From: Hamiltosporidium tvaerminnensis FI-OER-3-3
Lineage: Eukaryota > Fungi > Microsporidia
DNA: 64,000 nt
Reading direction: 5' to 3'
NCBI GenBank assembly: GCA_022605425.2
Contig: CM061251.1
Location: 558,001-622,000 of the forward strand
Shown: positions 50,113-62,751 of the stretch, piece after piece
How positions within the stretch are numbered: the first letter of the stretch is position 1
Layout of the letters: the number at the start of each line of letters is the position of its first letter
Position numbers and translations under genes: made by a program
Notes under the pieces: generated by a model
Database searches by the model: none
What the model was told of the DNA's origin: nothing
The model's input: the letters and a program-made list of their open reading frames with translations, nothing else

Positions 50113-52431
50113 ATGAACCTAGAAAGCATATATAAATTTCAGAAAAAAGATACGTTGAAAAATATGTATATTTGGGTATCATTTTTTTATATTTTTATAT
50201 TCATGAAAAAAGTTTGGTCTTATAGATTTAATTATAGCTTTATAATAAATATGGAATCCGATATTCTATTTTTCCGGGAAAACCAAGAAGAGATTTTGTT
50301 AAATGAAGAAATAGATAATGATTTTGGGTTCGAAATATTCTATGACAGTTATATAAAGCATGTAAACCAGGATAACTGTATTTTCAGATGTACAAAAGAG
50401 AACTTTGTTAATTTTGAAGAGCTAAATAACATTTCATTTTCGAATTCGACGAAAAATAAATTCAAGATAGGAATTGTAGGATGCAGTTATGAATTATCAC
50501 ATATCTTAAAAATAACGAATGATATAACAGAAATGCCATTAAATATGAGTAACTATCAGTTTAAATGTATTTTAAAAACTTTGAAATCTTTGAAGGCAGT
50601 AGAGAACAAAAACATGCTAAAGCTTTTACAAGTGTTAATTTTTAATTATTTCGTTCATAATTTATATAATGGATCGGAAAGAAAACCTTTGCTTTTACAA
50701 GAAACGTTTCAAGATGATTTTTTCGAAAACCTTGAATTCTCGACAACGAAAAACTTTATATTCGCGTTTTTAAATATTTTTATGATAAAATACAGTTTTG
50801 AAAATGGAAATATAATCTTGGTGGATAAATGTAAAGAATATTATGATAATACACTCTTAAATAAAAATATTCCTTATAAAAATATATTGATAAACAATTT
50901 TAAGGTAGTCTATATACTTGAAAATATTTTTAAAAATCGCTGCATTTTATGCACCTTTCAAATCCTATTGAATTATCTTAGTATGAAATCATTGATAGTA
51001 GATAATTATACGAATTTAGAAATTTATGAACAAAATTATAATTTCGCAATATTTTCGATCAACGTATTTAAATCAATTTCGATTTCAAATTTCACAAATC
51101 AATCAGCAGTACGATTTTTAGATAGGCTAAGTGCTGTAATTCGGAATGATTTAGAATTTCTATGCCTCATAAATCTCCAAATAACTAGGAACGCCATACG
51201 ACTCTTCTTGAATCAGAAAAAGCTCAGAGGATTAGTATTGCGTGGCATTAGGAAAATAGAAGATGTTGATTTCATCCAAGATTATACAGATTGCGGTAAA
51301 AAATTAGAATATATTGATTTTAAAAATGTTATACTAAAAGATACTTGGTGGAATTATTTTTTACAAGTATCAAATGTTAGTAAACTTATTCTTTGTTTTT
51401 GTACGTTACTCCAACAAAATTTTTTTTTGAAAGAATTTGTTAAGATCGTTTCAGACAAAGATATCTTATATTTTGAAGTTAATTTTTGCTATTCCGAAAT
51501 ATCTATTGATTTCTATCATTCTTTATTTTATTTCAAATCTTTGCGAACACTTAAAATTCGTAGATATAAAAATACAGAAATTACCGAACGATTATTATAT
51601 AAAGCAATTGAAAATATGAGCAAACTTGTGTGTCTAAAAATAAAGCAAGAATATATTTGTACGGCTCTATATATTTCTAACTTGTTAACATCTCAGATTA
51701 GATCAGTACATTTAGAAAGATTTTTCTCGTGTGCCGAAACACCTATGTTTTATTTCTTGAATCAATTTAAGTCTATAACAAAACTGTCTTTGGTAAATAT
51801 TAATATCGCTCCTTCTAGTTTGATTGAAATATTTCAATTAAAAAACCTAAGAAAACTATTATTGATGTTTTGTACAATCAAAAAAATAAAAATAAAACCA
51901 GAATCACTAAATTCCATGTCGAATTACATTAGTTCCCTGGATCTATGCAACACAAATCTTGGAATCCTTAAAAATGTTGATATATTGTGGCAATTCGATT
52001 ATTTGGAAAATTTAAATTTATCAGCATGTAAGTTACCGCCAGGATATTTAGCAAATTTGAGTTTGAAGTGCAATCTTCGCTTAAAGAAACTTTCTTATGA
52101 ATCAAGTACGTTGGATTCAACAGATTTGCTAAGAATAGCAAACCTCGAGATTCTAGAACAATTAAATCTTTCTAAGTGTAAATTTCTTAAAACTAGTTTT
52201 TGCAGGCTAAGAAATAAGTGTAAATTCATTTCAACCTTAAAAAAATTGGATTTATGGTTTGTAAAGATGAATGCAGAAGACTTAAGTTATTTAAGAAATT
52301 TTATTAAACTTGAAAAATTATCTTTAACTTTTTTTTGTTTGAATCCCCGAACAATACAAAATTCTTTACCTTCCAGACCGATACTACATATTTCCACAAG
52401 AGTTTTGGTAAAGAATCTAATATCAAAATAA
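50113..52431 (+). CDS. Leucine-rich-repeat protein, paralogue of 736-3096
   Basis: Long identical blocks (NMSNYQFKCIL, EIYEQNYNFAIFSI, FKNVILKDTWWNYFLQV); probable frameshift near 52400. Confidence 0.85.
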   Translation: MNLESIYKFQKKDTLKNMYIWVSFFYIFIFMKKVWSYRFNYSFIINMESDILFFRENQEEILLNEEIDNDFGFEIFYDSYIKHVNQDNCIFRCTKENFVNFEELNNISFSNSTKNKFKIGIVGCSYELSHILKITNDITEMPLNMSNYQFKCILKTLKSLKAVENKNMLKLLQVLIFNYFVHNLYNGSERKPLLLQETFQDDFFENLEFSTTKNFIFAFLNIFMIKYSFENGNIILVDKCKEYYDNTLLNKNIPYKNILINNFKVVYILENIFKNRCILCTFQILLNYLSMKSLIVDNYTNLEIYEQNYNFAIFSINVFKSISISNFTNQSAVRFLDRLSAVIRNDLEFLCLINLQITRNAIRLFLNQKKLRGLVLRGIRKIEDVDFIQDYTDCGKKLEYIDFKNVILKDTWWNYFLQVSNVSKLILCFCTLLQQNFFLKEFVKIVSDKDILYFEVNFCYSEISIDFYHSLFYFKSLRTLKIRRYKNTEITERLLYKAIENMSKLVCLKIKQEYICTALYISNLLTSQIRSVHLERFFSCAETPMFYFLNQFKSITKLSLVNINIAPSSLIEIFQLKNLRKLLLMFCTIKKIKIKPESLNSMSNYISSLDLCNTNLGILKNVDILWQFDYLENLNLSACKLPPGYLANLSLKCNLRLKKLSYESSTLDSTDLLRIANLEILEQLNLSKCKFLKTSFCRLRNKCKFISTLKKLDLWFVKMNAEDLSYLRNFIKLEKLSLTFFCLNPRTIQNSLPSRPILHISTRVLVKNLISK

Positions 52432-53265
52432 TATCTAGATACCTTTACGAAAGGAACATTATAATAATTTTAATATAACTAATACAAAATTATTTTCTTT
52501 CCTTTATATGTTTAAGTCTCTGGCATCCGTGTGAATTTTTGATCTGAAGCTGAACGTATTAGATATTTAAATAATGTTTCTAAAAAAAATAAAATATGGT
52601 TTTATAAACATATATAAGATCTGAATCTACAATAATCTTAAAAACATAATATTTAGAAAAATAAATTGACATTTAAAAAAATACTGAGTGCTTAAAAGAT
52701 ATGATAATTTACTTAATCATGCTTTGATAAGAAATCAATAATATTAGATCAAACTTAAAATTACACTTTAAAATATAATTTAGATTGCGTAGCCGAAAAC
52801 TTGGCATTTTCGACTAGCAAGCATTGGCTCGAATTTTTTTTAAAATTTGGAGTTGACACTATCCTTTTCTATACTTGGCCATAGCCTATAAAATAAAAAG
52901 AATATGTTTCTAGAACCCAAAAGCAAGTAAGAAATTATGTATTCTTGAATTAATTTACCTTTAAAGTTAGCTAATCAAATTTTTAGTTGGTGATATTTTT
53001 ACTTAAAACTTAGACCAATGCCTATAAAAGAATCACAAAAAACTTCATGAAATCTCATAAAAAACTACAACCACATAAAGAATTAAACCTATTCAAAATA
53101 CATTTTAATGTCTATTATTGATAGAAGAAGAAAACACTAAATTTAAAAAATGACTGTTTAAAACGAAATGATTTACAAAAAAAGTGAACCATAATATTAA
53201 AGCGGAATAATATCTAGAAATTCAATAAAAGAATAACACTAAAAAGTATAAATAAAACAATTATA

Positions 53266-54998
53266 GGGTTTTTCGATCAATATAATAATCCTTGCAATCA
53301 ATATAATAATTTTTCGATCAATATAATAATCCTTGCAATCAATATAATAATTTTTCGATCAATATAATAATCCTTGCAATCAATATAATAATTTTTCGAT
53401 CAATATAATAATCCTTGCAATCAATATAATAATCCTTGCAATCAATATAATAATTATTTTTAAAAAATAAAAATTTAAAAAAAAAATTTTAAAAATAAAA
53501 ATTTAAAAAATAAAATTATAAATAGTACTTGAGATTAATTATTACTCAAGAATCATTTGTCCTACCTCAGCCTTTTGCAAATATCCTAACATTTTACGGT
53601 AAAAAGAACTACAATGTTCTCCCGTGATTTCATTAAATTTTTCATAAATTAATATTCTCAACTGAGGCTCAGTACGAGCACCACCTCGACTTACTTTATT
53701 TTTCCAGACTGAGAATACATTCTCAATTGGATTAAGAAATGGAGAGTAAGGTGGAAGATATTTTATTCGATACGAAGCAATTTCCTCATCATCATTCAAT
53801 CCACGATAGTGATGAATTCTCGCATTGTCCATTACAAATATTGGAGTCAAAATTCCTTGCCTTTGACAACTTTCATTAATCTCCTTAATAAATAATTTGA
53901 AATCCTCACCATTTACGGCCCTCTCATGAATCTTATAGTATATCATACCATATTTGTTCATTGCTGCGACTACTGAAATATTTCTACTTCGAGCTGCTGT
54001 TACAGATAGGTATGCAGATTCACCTCTCATGTTACGACCTCTACTGGGACGTGTGACTACTGCAAACCCAACTTCATCTAAAAAGACAAAGTTTTTGTCA
54101 TCGTTATCAACCTCCAACTCACGAAAACTAGTTGCGTAATTGGTTCTTAGCTCAATTGTCGAAAGTGTATTTCTACGCTCAGGCACTAATGTTACACGCT
54201 TTAGAGTGTAATGGAACTCCCTTAGTGCGCGATCAATTGTACTAGTTGACACATCAATATTAAATGTACATTTGACCCATTCTGCCAACTCATACAGGGT
54301 TTTTGTACATTCCAAATCAACATAGGCTTGTAAGCTCTCTTTTATTTCCAAGCTTAACTTTGAGCGCCTATCACCACCTCTTTTATCGACAAATACCAAG
54401 CCAGTTTTTAAATATCGTCTAACTATACTATTAACCGTCTGGTAATTTATTCGATACATCGAGGCAATTGCGGACATAGAATAGCCTTCTAATGTCTTTT
54501 CAATTATGCGTTCCCGATCATTAATAGAAACTTTTTGTTTCCTCAGAGTTGGAATGGTGGATAGTGAGAGATTTTCATTATGCGATCCAGATGTTTCTAC
54601 AAGACACTTCAAAACATTGTCATTTTCGCACTCTATATATTCCGGTGTTTCACCTACATGAAAATCATATTTGTTCTCGTTGGTATTTTTACCTGAAAAA
54701 GAATTTGACATGGGAGTTAATTTTATAATGAATGAATTATTTTTTAAATTTTTATTTTATAAATTTCTATTTTTTTAATTTTTTTTTAAATTTCTATTTT
54801 TTAAAAATAATTATTATATTGATTGCAAGGATTATTATATTGATTGCAAGGATTATTATATTGATCGAAAAATTATTATATTGATTGCAAGGATTATTAT
54901 ATTGATCGAAAAATTATTATATTGATTGCAAGGATTATTATATTGATCGAAAAATTATTATATTGATTGCAAGGATTATTATATTGATCGAAAAACCC
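53266..54998 (-). mobile_element. Intact Tc1/IS630-like transposon with ~200-bp internally repetitive TIRs
   Basis: TA flanks, mirror-image TIRs beginning GGGTTTTTCGATC, single open transposase. Confidence 0.95.
53542..54711 (-). CDS. DD34E transposase
   Basis: HTH region, FLDEVGF, VMDNARIH, LPPYSPFLNPIE with 34 residues between the second D and E; CTCCC-ATG. Confidence 0.95.
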   Translation of the reverse strand: MSNSFSGKNTNENKYDFHVGETPEYIECENDNVLKCLVETSGSHNENLSLSTIPTLRKQKVSINDRERIIEKTLEGYSMSAIASMYRINYQTVNSIVRRYLKTGLVFVDKRGGDRRSKLSLEIKESLQAYVDLECTKTLYELAEWVKCTFNIDVSTSTIDRALREFHYTLKRVTLVPERRNTLSTIELRTNYATSFRELEVDNDDKNFVFLDEVGFAVVTRPSRGRNMRGESAYLSVTAARSRNISVVAAMNKYGMIYYKIHERAVNGEDFKLFIKEINESCQRQGILTPIFVMDNARIHHYRGLNDDEEIASYRIKYLPPYSPFLNPIENVFSVWKNKVSRGGARTEPQLRILIYEKFNEITGEHCSSFYRKMLGYLQKAEVGQMILE

Positions 54999-56174
54999 TA
55001 TATATTAAAAAACTTTTATTCATTTGTTCTTTTTCAAAAAATCTATTTAAGCTAAATCCCTATATATAGACAAATTAAATAAAGCATAACAAAATATTTA
55101 TAATAGTAGTAAAATTCTATAAAACATGATAATAGCTTATTATAGTTTATATAAAATATAAAATAAGTGTTTTTTTAAACTTCAATAATGGAATAAACGG
55201 AACATAAGACTTAGAGGAAGAATGATAAAAATAAATTCATTTTTAATTAAAAAAATTTTTTGGGCTATCACGCCGTTTCATTGAATGATAACGCTTATCT
55301 CTATCAACAATACCATTTATCATAGTGCCTCATATAAGCTATGATAGTAATGAGAGAAATTTTAGCTTTTTATAGTAGAATTATCATAAATTTTAGAATA
55401 AATATTTCCTAAAATGTATTTCGACTACGCCTGTGCATTTAGAGTCATAATTTTGAATATTATTTTATTTCAAAGAGACCAGTTTTTAATCGAGTTTGTA
55501 GTTTCATTTATTTAGAATTTTAGTTTCTCTATTTTTTCACATTTAATTCCTATAAAAAAAATCTAACTGCAACTTAGTTTGAAAAAAATTAGGTTTTAGA
55601 AATGCATGAGGTTTTACTTTGTTTTATACTAGTAATTCGATAATCTTTTCGTATACAAAGTATATCATTCTTTTTTTAACTTCTCGAATCTTCAATCCTT
55701 ATAATTGATCATTATAAGAGATTTTGTTATTGGCAGGAAAATTTAATCTTTTCTGATTATAATTTTTCATAAAAAGTCATTTTCTAATTAAATAAATTGG
55801 TTTATGTATATGGATTTGTAAAGTGCAGTACTAAAATTTTAAGAAAAAAGCGGCATTTTCATTCGAAACTAACAAAAATTAAAAAATTTAATTTTAAAAC
55901 TAGATGAGGCGAGCCATAAATCTTTTTCAACCTTTAATTTTGAAAAATATCTTTGTAAATTTATATTTTTACTTGAAAATATGTATTCCTTGTAAGCATT
56001 AATATTTAAATCAACAAATAGAAAAAAAAAGTTAAAATGGATATAGAAGACATTTTCATTTTAGAATTAGAAGATAACTACAGCTACCTTATATAATAAA
56101 AGATTTAGTAAAAAAATCCAAGTAAATAATGTCGTAGGTTTTTTGGACCAAAATCTTAAGCATATACTCTAATT

Positions 56175-56899
56175 CAGGGGGCTCCAAACTTTTCCTTGCG
56201 ATCACATTGACTTCTAAAAAATCTTTGGGGCCAAAAACTCATTACTTTTAGAGCCACAATATTTAAAAATATTTCTACAATTTTTATTATTAACATTTTT
56301 AATTCAAAATTTTAAGGTTTCATATAACCTTTAACAAAGATAAACAGATATATTAAATATATTTCTGTTTAAAAATAGACCAATGGATCACTGAAATTTT
56401 ATAAAAGTCTTCCAGCCACGCAATACATTCACATTTATAAATTTTCTCGAGTTTTTATTTCCGAATTAAGTTTTACCTATTTGTGCAAAGCATCATTCAC
56501 TAAAATTGAATAGACAAAAAACATTTACATATATAAATTAATAGATAATCACTTGTATTCTTTACTTGAAATTTATACTAGTCAATTTAACCGAAAATTT
56601 CAGCAAATTATCGCTGAAAAATTTCAACTACATCAATCTAATTAATAATACATCATGTCATACATTTTTTATTATTTCATTGCGATTTTTTTAGTATAAA
56701 ATTATAAAAAAAAATTTCGAGTTTCAAAAAATAATAATCAAACCTCTATGAATTTTCTTTATACAAAGTCATGCTTAAATTATCTATAATTGCAATTCTT
56801 TTTGTATCATTATCATTATTTTTTTATTTTATTTCCTTATTTAAAAAAGCGCGGTGGGCCAGAAAAATGTAACCGTGAGCTGCGGTTTGGAGACTCCTG
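56175..56899. mobile_element. Non-autonomous hAT element (MITE)
   Basis: TIRs CAGGGGGCTCCAAAC / GTTTGGAGACTCCTG; 8-bp TSD CTCTAATT / CTTTAATT. Confidence 0.9.
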
Positions 56900-57179
56900 C
56901 TTTAATTGCTTAACTTACGGATATAATCTGCAGTTAATAGGAAAACTTGTAACTTATACATGAAATAATGACTTTCTAATTAGTGTGAAAATATAAAAAA
57001 AGTCATAATTAGAATGTTAGATTTAACGAGTAAGAATTTTTATAATAGCTAAGAATAAATTTATAAATTTCTTAATGATGTATTATAGATAAAATTTAAT
57101 TCATTCATGTCAAAATAATTATTAATATTTTAAAAATTCTAGAAAATACTACAATGAGAAACGCAAATTAATGTCGACT

Positions 57180-57590
57180 TAATTTCAAATACCATTCCAC
57201 AACCACTTTTTTTATCACTTTTAAACTCCAAAATAATAATATGGGCAATTTAGTACAGCCTAATTCATTTGATCAATCCATGTATTCTCTTAAAACATTT
57301 TCTTGTAGCTTCTGATTTTTCTATTTTTTTTTATATTAAGAAGTGCAAATTGTTCATCATCCTCGGCGCTACATTCCTGTGCCTTGGTCCCCCCCGTAAT
57401 ACCGCTATCTGATCTCTTTCCAGTGGGGTTATTTACTTTTTCAGGTTTTGTACCAAGGTGAGTTTAAAGAGTGGTTGTTAGCTTTACGCCCAATCCAACC
57501 CGAAGAACAAGTCTCTTTTAGTTGCCTCGTTCGACAAGCAGAGAATACACCAAGCCAATTCTGCCCTCGGCATAATGGGAGGGGGGGGAA
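57180..57590 (-). mobile_element. Probable 5' end (GC-rich UTR and ORF start) of a non-LTR retrotransposon
   Basis: Motifs CTCTGCTTGTCGAACGAGGCAACTAAAAGAG and TTGGGCGTAAAGCTAACAACC resemble (from memory) non-LTR 5' UTR motifs; downstream TWIDQMN*AVLNCPYY resembles R4/Dong N-termini. Confidence 0.45.
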
Positions 57591-58499
57591 ATGCAAATTA
57601 TTGCAAAAACAAAAAAAAAAACGATCATTAGGCGATAAAATGAAAAATAAAAGAATATAAAATACCACTATTAAAGATAAAAACGGTGGAAAATAAGAAA
57701 CAAGCTTTTAATTATTAATTTTGTTGCCAATATGAAATAATTCATTCTAATGATACTTTTCAATAGATTTTTGCAAAAAGTTTTCGGTTTGTCTTCGCAT
57801 TCTAGTAAAAATTAATATTTTCCGCATCTAGAAAGAACTTTCTAAGGCATTTCCCCATAAAAGCTAACCCTTTTACTTTTTTTTCGTCTTTTTATCGCTA
57901 TCAAAAACCCTCTTTGATTGCATCACACCCACCACTAGGATTAAATTTTAAAGAATGAAGTGTACAACCACACCATTTTTAATACAAACCATATATTTGT
58001 CTTGATATCTAAGCGGGAATGTCAAAAAAATATTTATTTTATTATAACAAATTTCAAGCTCAAAATCTTGATTGATTTTAGCAGATAAATTCCAGAACAT
58101 TTACCAGTTTTTAATGCTTCAAATATATATTTATCCCATTCGTTTGCTTTTGACAAAATTTTTATCTTTCGAAAATACAATATATTTTTCCCTCCAAAAT
58201 ATGAATATAAACAAAAAAAATTTGAGCCCTTATTATAAACAAGCTCGGCAAGGAAAAAATTGATCTATCAAAAATTTAATTTTATTTTTTTTAATTTGGT
58301 TGTGGAATGGGTTCGACAATTAATAAATTGTACCTTCAGAATATAGGGTCAATTAAATATGTAAAATAATATTTAAATGATATTCAAAATCAAAAAAAAA
58401 AATTATTTTTATATTTTTATTTGATACCTTCTTTTTTAAATAGATAAATTTAAGTCTTTAAAACGAATTAGAAGCGAGTCAGGACAATTTATCTTGAAA

Positions 58500-59140
58500 A
58501 CGAGCATGCAGATATAAAAAAGGATTCCGGGATAAAAACTTATGTTAAGATTCGGAATAACAGACACGATATATTGATTTTAAATTGTAAACAAAATAAT
58601 ATAACACTCTTGAAGTATAAATTACTTCCCAAGATTCGCTTCAAATAATTAAAACCATAAAATTTAGAAGGTATGGCCTGCTTGCCAATGATTTAGGTCT
58701 TATTTATAAATGCTGTATTGAGATAATCTCGCATGAGATGACTTGAGATGGTATTGTGAGCAAATACCATAAGTCACACCTAAAAAGACTGCAAATACAT
58801 TATAATTAGAGGCATATATTCAGTTGATAGTATTTAAGAAAACAGTCGAAACAATTTCCTCTGAAAGACGCAGCGTATTTGAGTCGGGGAAAAATGCCGA
58901 AGAGAGTCGAGAAAGTGCGTCACTTGGTGTTATTAGAAGAGCCGAGATGCATGAGGAAAGCACCGCCCTTTAAACAAGACAACAATGACAAAAATGGGTT
59001 AAAATTTTTAAAAAAAATAATACACCTCTTATTTCAGAAGTCGGAACAGCCTAAAGGAACCGACGATAAACGTAAATGAAGAGTCGGATTTAGAAGCTGA
59101 ACAAATGATGGTTAAAGAGGTAGAACAAAATGTATGAAAT
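58500..59140 (+). mobile_element. Decayed RLE endonuclease region of a non-LTR retrotransposon
   Basis: NNRHDILIL..ITLLEV..ITSQDSLQI (cf. RPD..E.I), YGLLANDLGLIYKC, EAYIQ..KKTVETIS. Confidence 0.75.
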
Positions 59141-59707
59141 TTAAAAAAAGTTTTAACTCAGAATTTTATTAAATAAAATATTTATATTTACATAGTAACG
59201 TATCTTCAAGTTTTATATTATTTCGTCTATGTTGTATCGATACATATTTCGTTAAAATAAAGCAAAGCCAACTATATGTAAGAAATTATAATTCTTAATT
59301 AAAAAGAAACTCTATTCTATATTTTATTTACCAAAAATGCTAGATTTCTTCATACGATATATATAAGTAATTAAAATGTTAATTATTGCTTTCTTCACAT
59401 TAGAAAGTTTATTTCTGATTGTAATTATGCTTAAATGAATATTTATGATTAGCAGTAAAATAAGAACTCTATTTGTATTTAAAGTATTTTGAATGCTAAA
59501 AAGCTTACATACTATCCTGAGTTCGAAAATTACTAATTTATATCCGTATCAAATAGTTAAAAAGATACACATTTGGGTTGGAAATAAAAACTATCAGATC
59601 TTTAAAACTTCAAATATCAGAGCTAAGAATAAAATCAAAACTTTTAAAACGATAATAAATTAGAGACAAAAAAAATTACAGGAATTTTATTTAGAAATTC
59701 GAATATA

Positions 59708-60993
59708 TTATTTTAAATTACCTCCGGGGTTTCTTATAATATAAATTTCTCCATCATATTTTTGTTTTAAACTTACCACATCTTTTTGAGCTAAAAATAA
59801 AAGCTTAAAAAAATATTCGTATGCATTTCTTTTGGAATAACCTGCTACTAATTCAGAAAAAACGATTTTTTCATTCAAATTGAATTTATTTTCAAATAAG
59901 AAACACGAGGATTCATCTGGATTTAAAGAAATTGATGAAGCTAACCGTATATTTTCAATAGAATCATATTCATTTGAAACATTAAAATTTTCAAATTCAG
60001 CTTCTATTCCTTCCCACCCTTCACATATATTGTTATTAAGATTATGCTCTTGATCACTTATAATTTCTTTATTTTTTATTAATTCTTTTAATTTAATAAA
60101 TACTGGTGTATTTTCTTTAATTTTTTTTTGAAATAAAATTGAATCTTTACAAACTTTTACTTTTTTCGGAAAAAAAATCAAAGGAAAAAACGACATTTCA
60201 ATATTCTCATCGATAATAAATTGTTTTTCAATTTTAGATAAGAACTTGCTTTCGTTTTCTAAAATCGTATTCTGAGCAATAGAATCGGTTATATTGTTCT
60301 GAAAATTGGTATTATTCGAATGAATATCACTACATTCTACTGTATGATCTCCATAATTAGAGTATGAATCTTTAAGCTGCATTTCAGGATCGGAATTTGA
60401 AAACAAAATTTCATCATCAGGTACAAAATCATCATCAATATAAATATTATCTTCAAGTATATTTGCTTTTCTTGTATTCATTTTCTCGTTTTTACAATTT
60501 TTTATGACAAAAATATTATTTTTCGATTTTTTTTTGTACAAAAGCTTATTTTTTTCGTTTAAAAAAGTACAACGAATTAAACCAATAATTTCATTTTCCA
60601 AACTTCCAATTTTTAAAAAATAAAGTTTAACCGTACCTTTAGCCATTGTAACAAGTATTTTTAAATTATAAGAAGATTTTCTGAGATCAAAAATAATTTT
60701 TGAGATCGAAATGCTTTTTAGCTCATTCTTGGTTAAAAAATATCCGAATACGTTTTTTTAGACTCCCTAATAATCTCTACAATACCACTGTTGATTTTTC
60801 TCGAATAATCTGATGTTTTCTCAGAATAATTTTTTAAAATATTTTTACCTTTTTCTAATGATTTTAGTCTCTCAAATTCTATTTTTTTACACCAATTTTT
60901 TGTATAGAAACCTTTACTTGAATTATTAGTTGTTGCTAATTTAAAAATAACAGGTAAAATTAAATTACCTTCTCTTCCTTCTTTGATTTCCAT
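59708..60993 (-). CDS. Rad21/Rec8 kleisin, split by a 1-nt frameshift near 60755
   Basis: N-domain LPVIFKLAT then, in the next frame, LTKNELKSISISKII..LKILVTMAKGTVKLY; C-terminal winged helix FSELV..SKRNAYEYFFKLLFLA..VSLKQ..GEIYI. Confidence 0.8.
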
Positions 60994-61675
60994 TATTGTA
61001 TTTTCATTTTTTTTATTATATACTTTCTAATTTAATATGATTAATTATTTTTTTAAAAAAGGGAAATAATATATTAACAAATTTTCAAGAGAATTGATTG
61101 ATCAAAGATGATAATTTATTTTTAATTTCAATTAAATTAATATATTTCTATTTAAACTAGTAATTTCTAATCTTTAATTAAATAGGTATTTTACACTTAT
61201 GAAAAAGTTTATTAAGAGCCTAGAAAAATTATTTATTTCTTCTAATATCAAATTCATTTATTAAATTTAAATGAAAATAATAATTTTTCGATTTATAATT
61301 TGATTTTGTTTCCCTAAAAAATGTAAGAGCTTCAAAATGTAATTCAATTATTACTTTTAAATTTGATTTTTAAGCAAAATATAACTTTGATTTATCTGCT
61401 TATTCATTTGGTATTTCAATTTATATGAAATATTTCCAAAATCTTATTTTTTTTGTAGGTAAAAGCGATTCGATTTAATCTATAAAATATTTAAATGGCT
61501 TCTAATGAATTTAATTGTATTAAAGTAAATAAAATTTACAATTTTTTTAAATTAAAGTTTTAGACTTTATTTATTTATCTTTTAATTAGATTTCAAAAAT
61601 ATTTGGAATATTTGAAATATTTAGAGAATTATTTGAAAGAAACAGTTTTTAATGAATATTTATTTCAATAAAAAA

Positions 61676-61909
61676 TCATTTTGATGTTTTTTTCATCACT
61701 TTTAATATGAAATTAAACGAAGCTTTTGATAAACAAGCAGAATGACTCTGATTAACAAACATCATAAATTCATTAAAAAACAAGGAATGTAATGTTTTTA
61801 GTCCAGATTCATTTAATGTTTGGTGGTAAATAGAGTTGAATTTTTTTTTTATATTTCCTAATGAGCAAATGTGTAAGGTTTTATTGATTAGGTATGAGAT
61901 TAAATTCAT
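61676..61909 (-). CDS. Possible small hypothetical protein
   Basis: 77-aa ATG ORF followed by AATAAA; no family recognised. Confidence 0.3.
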   Translation of the reverse strand: MNLISYLINKTLHICSLGNIKKKFNSIYHQTLNESGLKTLHSLFFNEFMMFVNQSHSACLSKASFNFILKVMKKTSK

Positions 61910-62124
61910 ATTTTTTTAATAAATCATACTTTATAGAATTTATTGTGAAAAATTTTTAGATTTCATTAGAATATTCGATTTTATTTATTAGAACAAGAAA
62001 TAAAATATCTGAAGAAAATAAAACCCTTTATATTCTATTATATATATAATTCTTAACTCTTTGGAAATACTTAGTTTTTTTCTAAAATTATTTAATAAAT
62101 GTTTAGAATTTCGTCCCCTCGAAA

Positions 62125-62751
62125 ATGAACAATTTTTCTCAAAAATATTTGATTTTAGTATTAAATGGACTTTCTTTTTTATTCTTTTTAGCGACAGTTG
62201 GCGTTATATATTATGCTGTAAATTTTAAAAATATGAGTATTTCATCATTCTTCTTTGGACGTTTCGAAAGAAATATGAAATACTTCGTAGATTTGAATGA
62301 AAAAGAAATTAAGAAAAAAGTCTTTGATGGAAAAAAAGTTTTACTGACAGTAGATGATACAATAAATACAGGTGAATATAAGATGTTTAAAAGCAGATTT
62401 TCTCCAAAATTTCCCACTGTAATAATCCTAGAAAAAAACGTTTTTATATTTCCCTTGAAGAAATCTATAAAAGTTATGTCAGTTTTGGAATATAAAGATA
62501 TTGTAATTAAGAATATCGAGCATAAAATATCGCTTTTAAGCTATTGGAATTCCGATAAACGGGTTTTAAGTTCCATTTTGAATAATTTTAAGAGGTTCGT
62601 AGAAACATCCAATCCTATAAACAAGTATATTCCAAAAATTATTTTTACACGATATGATTCAACAGATGAAACATTATATTTGAGCATGGATGCCTGTTAC
62701 AAACTCAGGGCAAAATCAGAGAATGAAATCTTAAATTTCTTTGAGTTATAG
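62125..62751 (+). CDS. Hypothetical protein with N-terminal membrane anchor
   Basis: YLILVLNGLSFLFFLATVGVIYYAV; CCCC upstream of ATG. Confidence 0.75.
   Translation: MNNFSQKYLILVLNGLSFLFFLATVGVIYYAVNFKNMSISSFFFGRFERNMKYFVDLNEKEIKKKVFDGKKVLLTVDDTINTGEYKMFKSRFSPKFPTVIILEKNVFIFPLKKSIKVMSVLEYKDIVIKNIEHKISLLSYWNSDKRVLSSILNNFKRFVETSNPINKYIPKIIFTRYDSTDETLYLSMDACYKLRAKSENEILNFFEL

Noticed and set aside
53274-53455. CRISPR-like array
   Set aside because: No unique spacers; it is the TIR of a Tc1-like element, mirrored at the other end.
57390-57495. SSU rRNA-like words (ATTGGGCGTAAAGC, GCGGTATTACGG) on the minus strand
   Set aside because: Wrong order and no surrounding rRNA homology.
60750-60765. 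Canonical -1 programmed frameshift heptamer A AAA AAC
   Set aside because: The heptamer is not in the zero-frame register of the upstream ORF.
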